IMG/VR virus record: IMGVR_UViG_3300006115_000008
Location: 1 to 64,000 of that record
Source: a virus
Taxonomy: Duplodnaviria; Caudoviricetes
Length of the DNA: 64,000 nt
Reading direction: 5' to 3' (one strand)
Part shown: one piece after another, positions 19,701 through 28,926 of the stretch
Position numbering within the stretch: position 1 is the first letter of the stretch
Layout: every line of letters starts with the position of its first letter
The notes under the pieces: model-generated
Seen by the model: only the letters and a program-made list of their open reading frames with translations
What the model was told of the DNA's origin: nothing
Databases searched by the model: none
Translations under genes and position numbers: made by a program

Positions 19701-22700
19701 CAAAAAATATAGTATTATACTCAGCAGACAAGTCATTGACAAATATATCAGTTTGCATTGCTAACAATATTTGTCGTAGTTCTAAATTGGGTATTGTGCC
19801 TGTACTAATCTGTATAGTACCGTTTTGAATACCTACTAGGTTTTTGTTCAAATTACTATCAATATAGTAAACAACAAAATTGTTATTGCCAGCATTTAGA
19901 ACTTTTGCGTAAGTATTGGCCACTAGTGTTTGCTTGCCTAGTTCTAATAGGTTTGCTACCGTTAGATTTGGGGTAGTAGTTGGATCATAATTGCTATCAT
20001 ACCAATCAATATAATTCCAGTATAAACTAGTCTTATAGGATTGTGTAGATATCAAGCTCCAATCAGTTGATAACACGCCTGTGTTTGTTTGAGCTATAAA
20101 AGAGTAAATTGCCCATTTGCCCATTTGCGAGCTATCTGACAATACTAGCACTCGTTGACCAGTAGTTAAATTACCATTTTCAATGTAGCCTAAATCATCA
20201 AGTGTATTAACAACTAGTGAATATGCTCCGGATCCTGCTGCAGGTACTGGTTGTTGGCTATTTAATAATGTAAGAGACTTTCTCTCTACAATTGGATAAT
20301 TCATTAGATAATTATTAACCAATGAAAGATAATTAGCCAATGCCAATGTTGGATTTATAAACATTGTTTGTATAGGTCTATTACCGATACCATAACGTTG
20401 ACTTGGAATCAATGAAGTATCAGGGACTGAGTTGCCTTTTGCATCAATTCCCGACAAACTATCAATTAATTTGTTTAGTATTTGTGTTGGAATTTCGCTT
20501 GAGGGATTTCCTTCTTGTACCAATGCGTACTCATTGTGTATTACAATTGGCTCTGGTGCTTTGCTTCCCAATTGTAATACGGTACTTTGCCCAACAAGCA
20601 ATCCTTTTACATTGTACAATGCTATTGCATCATTACGTAGTACTGTAGCATAAGGAATACCTTGGCTTTGAGGATTATTAATTCCTTCAGCAATACTCAA
20701 TACACTATTAGACTTACCGGGCGCTATTGTGTCAATTCCGCTTACCCAGAAATAGTATTTTAAGTGTACTGCTCCGCTAGCAGTTACATATCCGTATGTG
20801 CTATACGCACTATCATCTTGAACCATTGGTGTCCCTGGCAGTCCACTTGCTACATATTTGCTAGGCAGTACAGTACTCTCTATCCATTGATAAATTGACA
20901 CTTGGCTTCCTGGGAATTGTGCGCCCCAATTATTAAGTCTGTATATCAGTGAGTCTTGCTCGTAATCAATAAATCTAATTGCGCTCAAATCCCACCAAAT
21001 TGCACCAACTTGACTTGGTCCCCAATGTAGGTCTGGGAATAGGGTTCCTGTGCCATGATTGTATCTAGCAGGATCATTTTCAAGTTTAAAATCAATATCA
21101 TTGTCAAATTGACTTAGTACTTTTCCTTTTGCAGGATCAATGAAATCTAAGGCTGCTAGTATTGTATTATTAACTTTGTTGTATAAGAATGTTCTACTAA
21201 TACTATTAATGTCAACTTGAGGAGTTTGTTTTCTAGTCAAAGTCCATGCAGTTTCTTGTGAGGGATTTGAAAATACATACGCAAGTCCTGCATTATTCAA
21301 TGATCCAGGAGCACCGGCTACTGCAACTGATCTTGTTACATCAACTGAATATCCAAAATTATCATTTGAACTTAGTGATGTTTCTAATTCTTGAGAGAAC
21401 AAGTATGTGCCAATGTTGTTACCAATTGAAGTATCAATTAGTGATTCAAACATATATACAGCTCCGCTATTGGCAATATAGTCAATAAATTTAGTTGTAC
21501 TTGAATCGATTACCAATGCCAAGTTATCAAACGTTGTAAATTCTTCTGCAGGAGATCCAACGCTACCAACCGATAAAACTTGTGCATCACTGCTGACCCC
21601 TATGCTTGCTCCAAAATTTTCTCCGGTATCCATGTAAGGATGAGCAATAACTTGTGTTCTAGTATACGTTCCGCTTGAATTGATCCAGCGCTCAACTACA
21701 CCATTTTGGAATCCACTAGCAGTTGATCCAGGAACGCCCACAAACAAGTTTCCGCCAGTACCATCTACTGCAAAGCCTGTACCAAATTGTGCGCCTTGAT
21801 TATTGTGTAAACTAGTCAATGTCTGCGCCAATGTAAATGCATTTGCGGTACGAGAGTAAACATATACGTTTCCTGCTTGAGTATTACCATTTGTGGCTGT
21901 TGGGGCACTGATGAATACTTGAGAGCCATTGTTATTTGTTTTTATTACACTACCAAATGCTCCCGACACTCCTGATATAGTAGTAACATAAGAATATGTT
22001 ACGTTGGCCCAACTTGGATTTTGTGCAAAGTAAACATTTGCAGTATTGGCTCCAGGTGTGCCTACATATAGATAGTGTTGGTCTCCGCTTAGTGCAACTG
22101 AATTACCAAAATTACCTGCTCCTTTTATTGTTTGTACAAGGCTAGTAGTGTTACCGTTAAAATAAACATTTACGTTTCCGCTTACTGGCGCAGATACTAC
22201 CAAAATGTTTCCAGAACTGTCAATGCTAGTACCAAAACTTGTGCCACTGTTAGTTATCACCTGTGACGCTTGGTATGAACCGTTAACCATTGTTAGTGCT
22301 TGTACTTGCTTTGCCCCTGGGTTACCTACATAAACAACACCAGTGGTGTTATTAATTTTTACACTTGTCCCATATTTGTTGTTTGAAACATTACCAAGGA
22401 AGGCGCTTGATTTCACAACAGAATTACCAGCCCAAGGATTGTTAAAGGTATATACTCCCCATCCGTTTGTTGTTGCAGAATCTATCCATACGTGATCGTT
22501 TGATAACCATCCATTAACTGGAATCGTTGCTGAGACTAGACTAGATACTGTTGAGTATCTTGCAGAATTTAAACTGTATATAATACCATTGCCGTTTAAA
22601 GATAATACTCGTATTAGGTGTTTTAATACATTGGCATTGTTTATACTGATAATGACGCTTGTAGAATTTGGTACTGAAACTATTTGATAGATATTATCAA

Positions 22701-25700
22701 TGCCGTTACCAAAATTCTTAACAACCATTAAGTCTCCGGCAACAAAAGAATGTGGGCCATTTAAGTATAATTGGGCATTTGTATCTAGTATGTATGTAAC
22801 TTTAGTGGCTACTAGTTTAGTACTACCGGCTCGCAATATATCCCATTGGCCTAGATAATTTTTAGCCAACCATATTTTATCACCAATAGAAATACTAGCG
22901 ACATTATCTTGGTATTCAGCAATATCAAATATAAGGTGATCAGCATCTTGTAAATTAACGTAGCCAACATCGGGCAAGTCGGTGGCATATTGATCAACTG
23001 TTCGATTATTATAAATTGTAGTTGATGTGCTAGATAAGTTACTTGCATTGTATATGTTTGCCAGGGTTAAATTAGCAATAATATTTGCAGTACTGTATGT
23101 GTTAGTAAGCAAAAATGATACTGGATTGGTTGTGAATACTGATTGATCTAGTATAAATTCTTTAAAGATATTTGAATTTATTCCGCCGTAACGCCCAACT
23201 TGAAACGCCCATTCTTCATAAACATTGACATTTCCTTGAACATTATCAAATTGCGCTTTAGTTAACGCATTCACAGAATTCATTGTTCCTTTTTGTTTAA
23301 TGAATCCTTGATAGAATTTTGTCTGCGTTGGAATTGACAATCCAAGATCAGTTAAATAGCTGCGCTCTCTAAATCCAATTAAACCAGCGCTGTACAGTTG
23401 TAAATCTTCTTCTAGTGGTGGTTTATCAACATCATAAATGTTGATGAATTTTTGTGCGTTATGTCCAAAGTTTGGCAACAATCCAGTTTGAATATTGGAT
23501 TGGTTTATCTGAGTCCAGGATATAGGATTAAACGTTTGAGTTGCCGGAATGTCTTGTGTGGTTGTATAATAAAATCCATTGTAAGTTACAATATCGCCGG
23601 TTCGATAATCCGTTCCCGAAAACCAGGATGCAATTGCAGGATCGTTGTATACATACCCCGGTGCGCTAAGTGCTCCGTTCCAGTCTCCAGTTTTGGATCC
23701 AGATAATTTTAATCTATATTGTCGAGTGCCAGATTCTGGAATATAAAGAATATCGCCAAAATCATCTACATTATCAAAAACCAATACATGTTCAAATTGA
23801 ACCAAATTTAATTTTGCATAAGCGATGCCAGTGCCATCAATTGTGCTTACTACAAATTCGTTCGCAATACCAGCTGACTGTAATCGTTGAATATCAAAAT
23901 TATTACTCTTAATAGGTAAGAAATTTTGATCTAATAATTTATTGCCGTTAGCAACGTTGGTAACTTCATCAACTGTTGATTGCACTGATACCATTTTCAA
24001 AGTTGTTGATACTGGATTTAGCACAATCACTGTGCCCGAGCCCCATCCTTGTTGTGCCCAATAAATTAGTTCACGTACACTTAATTTCCAATCTTGTGTT
24101 GTACCAAGGTCTGTGTTAAATGTATCAAATACAAATCCACCAGCTCGTGTCAAGTATCGTTGATAACTAATTAAAAAATCAGCTGTTTGTTGTAGAGTAA
24201 AAATTGTACCGTAAGGTATTTTTGCAACTGCATTAACATGTTCGTTGTATAATGTAATTGACGTTTGATTTACAGTTACCGTCTCAGTATTGTTATTGAC
24301 CAAACTTGGTATTATTGTAAAGAAAGGATTTGTTGGGCTGTATCCCGACACCGAGTAGCCGGATTCAGTTTTTGTTACAACAACTGCACTATATTCTGCA
24401 TTTTGAATTGGGATTGATTTGTTTAAATAAACATTCCAATTTTCTGATGGAATTATTACGCTAGAGTTTGTAGACCCTGGGGTTGTTTGTTCTGCGTATA
24501 CTGTCAATAAGTTTTGGCTAGTAAATCCAGCCAATTTATAAGTTAACTGTACTGACAAATTAGTAAAGTACTCAGTGAGTATGGTAACTGGATTCATACC
24601 AAGATTTTTAATATTGTCGCCAATCCAGTTAATATATCCACTGGTACGTTGTGTTGTGCCCGACGCCGTATTGCCATTTATTTTTAATATAGCGGGAGTA
24701 ATTTTTTCGTTTGAAATCGTGCCGAATTGTCCAGTTACTGGATTAGAATAAAAACTACTTGTATCAAGTTGAGTACTAAAATACATTGCTGGCTTAGCAA
24801 TAGCAAGTGCCAATTGAACTCCGTATGCATAATCACTGCTACGTCTCCAAGCAGTCTCCACAGGGCCTTGTTGTCCCGGGGCATAACTATTTGACGCATT
24901 TGCGTAATTTGCTTTAGAAAATAATGGTATATCTGCAGGGGATAATAAATTGCCAATTGAATCAACTGGAATAAAACCAGTTAGTCCCGGACGAGCAAAT
25001 TTAGTATTAGTACCAGGTGTGCCGTTATTCCAAATATAACCAGCTTCTAGATCACTCCATAATAGTGTATTGCCAGAAGTGTATGGTGCAGGGCCATAAC
25101 GTGTTTCCCACCAACTTGGCATACTACTAAAGCCTAACATTCTCCATGGGGTTAAATTAGGGGTGTCAGTATCAAACCAATAGTTATAAATTGCACGCCA
25201 GTTACCTTGCAAAAATGAATTATCTACAACATCTGGGAACTTGCTATAGTTCCAGGTCCATGGATTGTTTGCATCGTAATAACTGTTAGTAGTGTAATCT
25301 ACTTTGTTTGCTCCTACCCAAGCAAGGAAACTTTGTCCCAAAATTTGATTATATTCTTGTAGTGAATAATCAGTTGTTTTAAAACGGCCCGGAACAAAAT
25401 CAGATAAGTTAATTTGATTCTTACTGTAATCTGCTTTGATATTGTTATAAATTCTTAGTTCTAGCTCTAATAAGAGTTGATCTCTAAAATCCCCAAATGC
25501 TGGAGTGATACTGCCATCGTGTCCTTGTATTACACTAATTGGTGTTTGATAAGTATTATCTACATAAATGCTTGGAGTAAATTTTGGGTATAGTCCTAGT
25601 TTAGTAGGCGTCTCGGGAATATAATTGCCGTCAGTATTTGAATAGTCTCTTATTAAGATAGTATCGCCAACAGAGAAAGGTATCGAGAATATTATTGCAG

Positions 25701-28700
25701 GTACTAATTGACTAAAAGTATAGTCCGTTCCCAGTGTACGTTGTACACCATTGACCCACACCAGCACAGCTCTATTGCTTAGTTCTGCATTATTAAATAT
25801 AGAATTTATTTCGTAATTGGTTTGTCTTGCATTAACTACAGTATATGTAATTGAGGTAAAATCACTACCTTGCGGTACCATATCACTATAATACCAAGGA
25901 AAACTACTATTTTTAATGGCGTTTATATTTTGCAATATAGTATCAACGCTACCAATTGAATCATTATAATTCAACCCACGTAGAGAATTACAAAGAGATA
26001 AAAATTTATTTTTAAATTTTGTATATTCTTTTCTTGCTAGTGAAATACTGTCAACAAAGTTGGCGGTGCTATTATTTAAAAATGCCATTGAATAGATTAA
26101 TGGCGCTTGGTGTTGTATTATTGTTCCACCTTGTTGTTTAAGATTGTTATCTTGAACAGGAATAGAATTTACGCTTGTATTTTCTATTAATTTATTATAG
26201 TGTGTTCTTATTTGTCCTAGTGTAATAGAGCCAAAATTTTGGTTTAATGGATTTAGGTTTAAATTATCAGGTATTTGATAAAATCTAGTTAGACCCGGAA
26301 CATCGCTAAACACCAATACGTCAATTTTATCATTGATTTTTGGAAGTGCTGATAGCGCAACAACATTGTAAACACCATATTGAATTATTTGATAATCAAC
26401 ATTTATAGTCAATAAAGAGTTATTTAAATATACTTTACAGTAGGGAATAGTTTGTTGTGCTTTTGGCAAAACGTCAATTTGAACAAATGCTGTCTCAACG
26501 CCATTAACTGATATAACACGTCCGTCGTAGAATTTTGTAAACTGTTGATACTGTTCTGTAGGGTTTATATTTTCTACCCAATCATTTAATTTGACTGCGG
26601 TGCCATTGTTATTTTGTACCAAGTAACCAGTATTAATATTAACAGTGCCACTGGTGGTGGTAAATGTATCAGTATCGTAATAATTAGAGAAAACAATATC
26701 GCCAATATTATTAAAATTTTGATAGGTTAAAGTAAATCCCAATATAGTATCATTGAGACTGGTATTTGAGTTGTATCCTGAATATCCAAAGAAGTAAGTT
26801 CCAACAAAGTTGGTACCCGGGTATACTGTTGAGTCACTAAAACTATAGCCATTGGCATCAACTATGTCAAACAATGGAGGTTGATTTACTTTTGTTTTGG
26901 TTTGTGTTGGGAGCCAGCTGGTTCCGTTAAAGTAATAAGTTATACCTGCGTGATTACCAGTAGTAGGTGTAACTGTCATGCCAGCCTCTGGAGTAATTCC
27001 AGTGTCAACTAGCACAATGTAATTTTTACTTAGAATATTTTGAATTTGTATTTGATAAATGTGATTAGTTACATTAGTATCATAGTCATTGGTAAAAAGT
27101 ACAGTTTGTCCGTTAGTAACTGTGGTTCCATCAATTGTTGCCGTTATTTGTCCTTCAACATTAACAAAAGCATCAGTGGCGTCAAAACTAACAATGTTAA
27201 TACCAGGCAGCACTTGGTTGCCAAAATTAAACAATTGTAAATTAGGTTCAAATTCAATAATTGGTCTACGTGCAACTAGGCCGCTTCCGTAATTTGCAGA
27301 AGTGTTATTGTATTTTGCAGTGGCTAAAATAACATCCTTATGGAACCAACGATTGTATCGTGTCCATGGATTTAAATCTTGGCTTCCACGATTAATTGTA
27401 ATATAGTCTGGGGTTGTTTCGATATCATCGCCATAACTTTCTGGAATTACCAAGTCTGTTACTGCGGTTAAAGTAATTGAAGCACCAACACCTTCTATAT
27501 AGTATTCTTTATTTGCATAAGAACTTGGAGTTATATACGAGTCAAATTTAATTTTTAATCCGTTGGTTGCAATAACGCCATTAGGGCTGGTATATCCAAC
27601 TTTACCTAATATGTCATTGTTGACATCAATAGTTGAACTTTGATTGTCAACTAATTTTATAACGCCAACAAAGTCTGGATTACTGCTATCTTGATAGTAA
27701 AGATAATCAAGATTGGCAGTTATAGCTGGTACTTGTTGAAATTGATAATTATTGTTTACCCAAAACTCATTACTTGCATAGGTATTGCCAGATGTAATAA
27801 AAACTTTAGTTGATGGGGTAGGCGCAGCTGATGGAGATATTTGAATTAAAGAATCTCCATTGCTTGTTGGTACTAGTGCAATTTTCCAAGCATTAGTTCT
27901 TGTTGTTGAATTAATAACAGTGCCTGGATTAATTGTTATCGTATTGCTGATTCCATTAGGAATTGCTGGTGTAGTCCAAAAAGTTGCATCTGATGCATTG
28001 TTAACAAAAACAAAAGTCTTGTTATTTAATTGGCTTGTAATACCATCTAGTCCTTGAGGAAAATTGGTTAAGAATGTACTTAATAATTGATTTTGTATGT
28101 CAGTATAGTTAAATTCAACTGCTGCAGATACATTAGATGCATTAAGTGCAAATTTCATCTGTGAATAAAAGTCTTGAGCATTTGCCAATGGCACTTGGAA
28201 TGTAATTGTGCCATTATCAGTTCCGTTGTTTCTAACTCCAAAAACTTGTCTAGTAGAAACTGTTGCTATATTTTTATTTGTGCCGCTTACTCCAGACTCT
28301 GTTTGTAGCCAAAAGTTATATCCAGGTTGGCTAACTGCAAAAGTATATGTTCCGCCTCGAGCCAGAGTTAATGGTAAGTTGGGATGGTTGCCAACTCCGC
28401 TGAAGGTGTATCCATTAATATTTGTGTTTCTTGAAACAGTATAATTTGCTTGATACGGGGTTTGATTTGCGTATACTGCAACAGATGTAGGGTTGCCATC
28501 AGCGTCCATTGGACCATTGGGTAACCAATAGTAATCGTAGTACCTTACAAATTTGTCATAGTCAAAATGCCCATCATAACTGTATGCTTGGTTTTCAAAT
28601 AAGCGTTGGTGATTATTGGCAAACCCATTGTTATTGGCAATATTGTTTAATAGATCAATATAGTCGGTTGTGAATTCTATATTGCCATTATTATCTTTTA

Positions 28701-28926
28701 TTACTACTCCGGGCTCAAGTTGATAATTTCGTCTGGTTGCTGTTGGCTCAGGAATATAGTTATCGCCCTGTTTATAAGTAGGGGCAAATGTTCTACCAAT
28801 ATATCCATTTAATGGTATATCATTTGCGTCAGTGGTTAATTGGTCAAGTGTTGCTCCGAAGAATTTTTTATTCGTTGGACTTTGAAATACTGTAGGTAAA
28901 AAATTAGTACTAGGGTTTTTACTCAT
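16741..28926 (-). CDS. Giant (4061 aa) baseplate wedge/virion protein, gp7-like position, with an FG-GAP propeller and CBM-like repeats
   Basis: Uninterrupted ORF after gp6. Seven FG-GAP-like blades, YINEVKPYRT motif and five C-terminal W..NT.Y repeats. Confidence 0.75.
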   Translation of the reverse strand: MSKNPSTNFLPTVFQSPTNKKFFGATLDQLTTDANDIPLNGYIGRTFAPTYKQGDNYIPEPTATRRNYQLEPGVVIKDNNGNIEFTTDYIDLLNNIANNNGFANNHQRLFENQAYSYDGHFDYDKFVRYYDYYWLPNGPMDADGNPTSVAVYANQTPYQANYTVSRNTNINGYTFSGVGNHPNLPLTLARGGTYTFAVSQPGYNFWLQTESGVSGTNKNIATVSTRQVFGVRNNGTDNGTITFQVPLANAQDFYSQMKFALNASNVSAAVEFNYTDIQNQLLSTFLTNFPQGLDGITSQLNNKTFVFVNNASDATFWTTPAIPNGISNTITINPGTVINSTTRTNAWKIALVPTSNGDSLIQISPSAAPTPSTKVFITSGNTYASNEFWVNNNYQFQQVPAITANLDYLYYQDSSNPDFVGVIKLVDNQSSTIDVNNDILGKVGYTSPNGVIATNGLKIKFDSYITPSSYANKEYYIEGVGASITLTAVTDLVIPESYGDDIETTPDYITINRGSQDLNPWTRYNRWFHKDVILATAKYNNTSANYGSGLVARRPIIEFEPNLQLFNFGNQVLPGINIVSFDATDAFVNVEGQITATIDGTTVTNGQTVLFTNDYDTNVTNHIYQIQIQNILSKNYIVLVDTGITPEAGMTVTPTTGNHAGITYYFNGTSWLPTQTKTKVNQPPLFDIVDANGYSFSDSTVYPGTNFVGTYFFGYSGYNSNTSLNDTILGFTLTYQNFNNIGDIVFSNYYDTDTFTTTSGTVNINTGYLVQNNNGTAVKLNDWVENINPTEQYQQFTKFYDGRVISVNGVETAFVQIDVLPKAQQTIPYCKVYLNNSLLTINVDYQIIQYGVYNVVALSALPKINDKIDVLVFSDVPGLTRFYQIPDNLNLNPLNQNFGSITLGQIRTHYNKLIENTSVNSIPVQDNNLKQQGGTIIQHQAPLIYSMAFLNNSTANFVDSISLARKEYTKFKNKFLSLCNSLRGLNYNDSIGSVDTILQNINAIKNSSFPWYYSDMVPQGSDFTSITYTVVNARQTNYEINSIFNNAELSNRAVLVWVNGVQRTLGTDYTFSQLVPAIIFSIPFSVGDTILIRDYSNTDGNYIPETPTKLGLYPKFTPSIYVDNTYQTPISVIQGHDGSITPAFGDFRDQLLLELELRIYNNIKADYSKNQINLSDFVPGRFKTTDYSLQEYNQILGQSFLAWVGANKVDYTTNSYYDANNPWTWNYSKFPDVVDNSFLQGNWRAIYNYWFDTDTPNLTPWRMLGFSSMPSWWETRYGPAPYTSGNTLLWSDLEAGYIWNNGTPGTNTKFARPGLTGFIPVDSIGNLLSPADIPLFSKANYANASNSYAPGQQGPVETAWRRSSDYAYGVQLALAIAKPAMYFSTQLDTSSFYSNPVTGQFGTISNEKITPAILKINGNTASGTTQRTSGYINWIGDNIKNLGMNPVTILTEYFTNLSVQLTYKLAGFTSQNLLTVYAEQTTPGSTNSSVIIPSENWNVYLNKSIPIQNAEYSAVVVTKTESGYSVSGYSPTNPFFTIIPSLVNNNTETVTVNQTSITLYNEHVNAVAKIPYGTIFTLQQTADFLISYQRYLTRAGGFVFDTFNTDLGTTQDWKLSVRELIYWAQQGWGSGTVIVLNPVSTTLKMVSVQSTVDEVTNVANGNKLLDQNFLPIKSNNFDIQRLQSAGIANEFVVSTIDGTGIAYAKLNLVQFEHVLVFDNVDDFGDILYIPESGTRQYRLKLSGSKTGDWNGALSAPGYVYNDPAIASWFSGTDYRTGDIVTYNGFYYTTTQDIPATQTFNPISWTQINQSNIQTGLLPNFGHNAQKFINIYDVDKPPLEEDLQLYSAGLIGFRERSYLTDLGLSIPTQTKFYQGFIKQKGTMNSVNALTKAQFDNVQGNVNVYEEWAFQVGRYGGINSNIFKEFILDQSVFTTNPVSFLLTNTYSTANIIANLTLANIYNASNLSSTSTTIYNNRTVDQYATDLPDVGYVNLQDADHLIFDIAEYQDNVASISIGDKIWLAKNYLGQWDILRAGSTKLVATKVTYILDTNAQLYLNGPHSFVAGDLMVVKNFGNGIDNIYQIVSVPNSTSVIISINNANVLKHLIRVLSLNGNGIIYSLNSARYSTVSSLVSATIPVNGWLSNDHVWIDSATTNGWGVYTFNNPWAGNSVVKSSAFLGNVSNNKYGTSVKINNTTGVVYVGNPGAKQVQALTMVNGSYQASQVITNSGTSFGTSIDSSGNILVVSAPVSGNVNVYFNGNTTSLVQTIKGAGNFGNSVALSGDQHYLYVGTPGANTANVYFAQNPSWANVTYSYVTTISGVSGAFGSVIKTNNNGSQVFISAPTATNGNTQAGNVYVYSRTANAFTLAQTLTSLHNNQGAQFGTGFAVDGTGGNLFVGVPGSTASGFQNGVVERWINSSGTYTRTQVIAHPYMDTGENFGASIGVSSDAQVLSVGSVGSPAEEFTTFDNLALVIDSSTTKFIDYIANSGAVYMFESLIDTSIGNNIGTYLFSQELETSLSSNDNFGYSVDVTRSVAVAGAPGSLNNAGLAYVFSNPSQETAWTLTRKQTPQVDINSISRTFLYNKVNNTILAALDFIDPAKGKVLSQFDNDIDFKLENDPARYNHGTGTLFPDLHWGPSQVGAIWWDLSAIRFIDYEQDSLIYRLNNWGAQFPGSQVSIYQWIESTVLPSKYVASGLPGTPMVQDDSAYSTYGYVTASGAVHLKYYFWVSGIDTIAPGKSNSVLSIAEGINNPQSQGIPYATVLRNDAIALYNVKGLLVGQSTVLQLGSKAPEPIVIHNEYALVQEGNPSSEIPTQILNKLIDSLSGIDAKGNSVPDTSLIPSQRYGIGNRPIQTMFINPTLALANYLSLVNNYLMNYPIVERKSLTLLNSQQPVPAAGSGAYSLVVNTLDDLGYIENGNLTTGQRVLVLSDSSQMGKWAIYSFIAQTNTGVLSTDWSLISTQSYKTSLYWNYIDWYDSNYDPTTTPNLTVANLLELGKQTLVANTYAKVLNAGNNNFVVYYIDSNLNKNLVGIQNGTIQISTGTIPNLELRQILLAMQTDIFVNDLSAEYNTIFFAMVKYILTEQKNLDWVFKTSFISATQAIRKLEEFPSYVPDNQNFYLDYINEVKPYRTIVREFVVDYVGNDSYSGDITDFDLPPYWDATLGVYRSPTGTQPYDATILQSGVYAQWKDNYGYGVVDVVIGNPGSGFVFAPLVIITGGGGIGATGIANLNSTGGIKSITMLTPGQGYTSTPTIILNGTGSGVIAYPVLRNVFTDNNTGHNVVRSLSTTMKFDRIDYTNSNTFVFWNTITSANVGNVLTANTIVVNNNIFYQLTNNFTITSNLAFPTSANVISSSSFNTANDRIVAYNGNIDLSISQPNLVYSGVIVDGNTYTSSNYDTIISSAYTDALGVAPGDITIDGGRYYDTFNSHAPEEMIPGRVFDSIDIEVYDSAGIAFRLFDDMNQNHNFYRIGQNQTTLSNDLLLTDQFIQVTDASKLPQPDITLAIPGVIFINGEKITYYRNFAYETPIPWTPNTIITSSSVISYANLLYLTNGNVFANSFANIASNVASITANTLGQIRRAVDGTAPSSTNITNWQQYTNYPTDSYVYYNGTTYATRGNTYGFNQSWSPNNANIAISSYLTYAGNIYTVTGNVYGNTFAGIQSNLSLVRSGTDSGFASITGNLIFAFTGNNAVRHVAGTEVVDASRTQIIPGTSTSNNQLRYSQTFTSTQYVTYGLKLVQPITANIGDVLTQVQTIKTSWQPNTAYSVGTLLTDNSTGPTYTWLTIGNVYGSYFANITSNVVYQFAGNTNNTVTVRALQSVTNSNVIPVIITAGTVANLPEVFDSSLGFDANGDDGNLCIVSSTTPTIRPNVVIPTWTANTTFTVESIIQYNSNVYTVLSNVYAPYFANVTSQSNNSANLTISANANVAFNGPLANYTSAATSLQVNDQWLNTTTNTLYYWTGSSWALLVPVTLGVGFDSTSSPLYINGNVTQNYIVDTYIIGSVDNNGQVTVPAGTYVTNGNIWYSSGSTTASNGIALSQQSTQQALFLKASEGAYQP

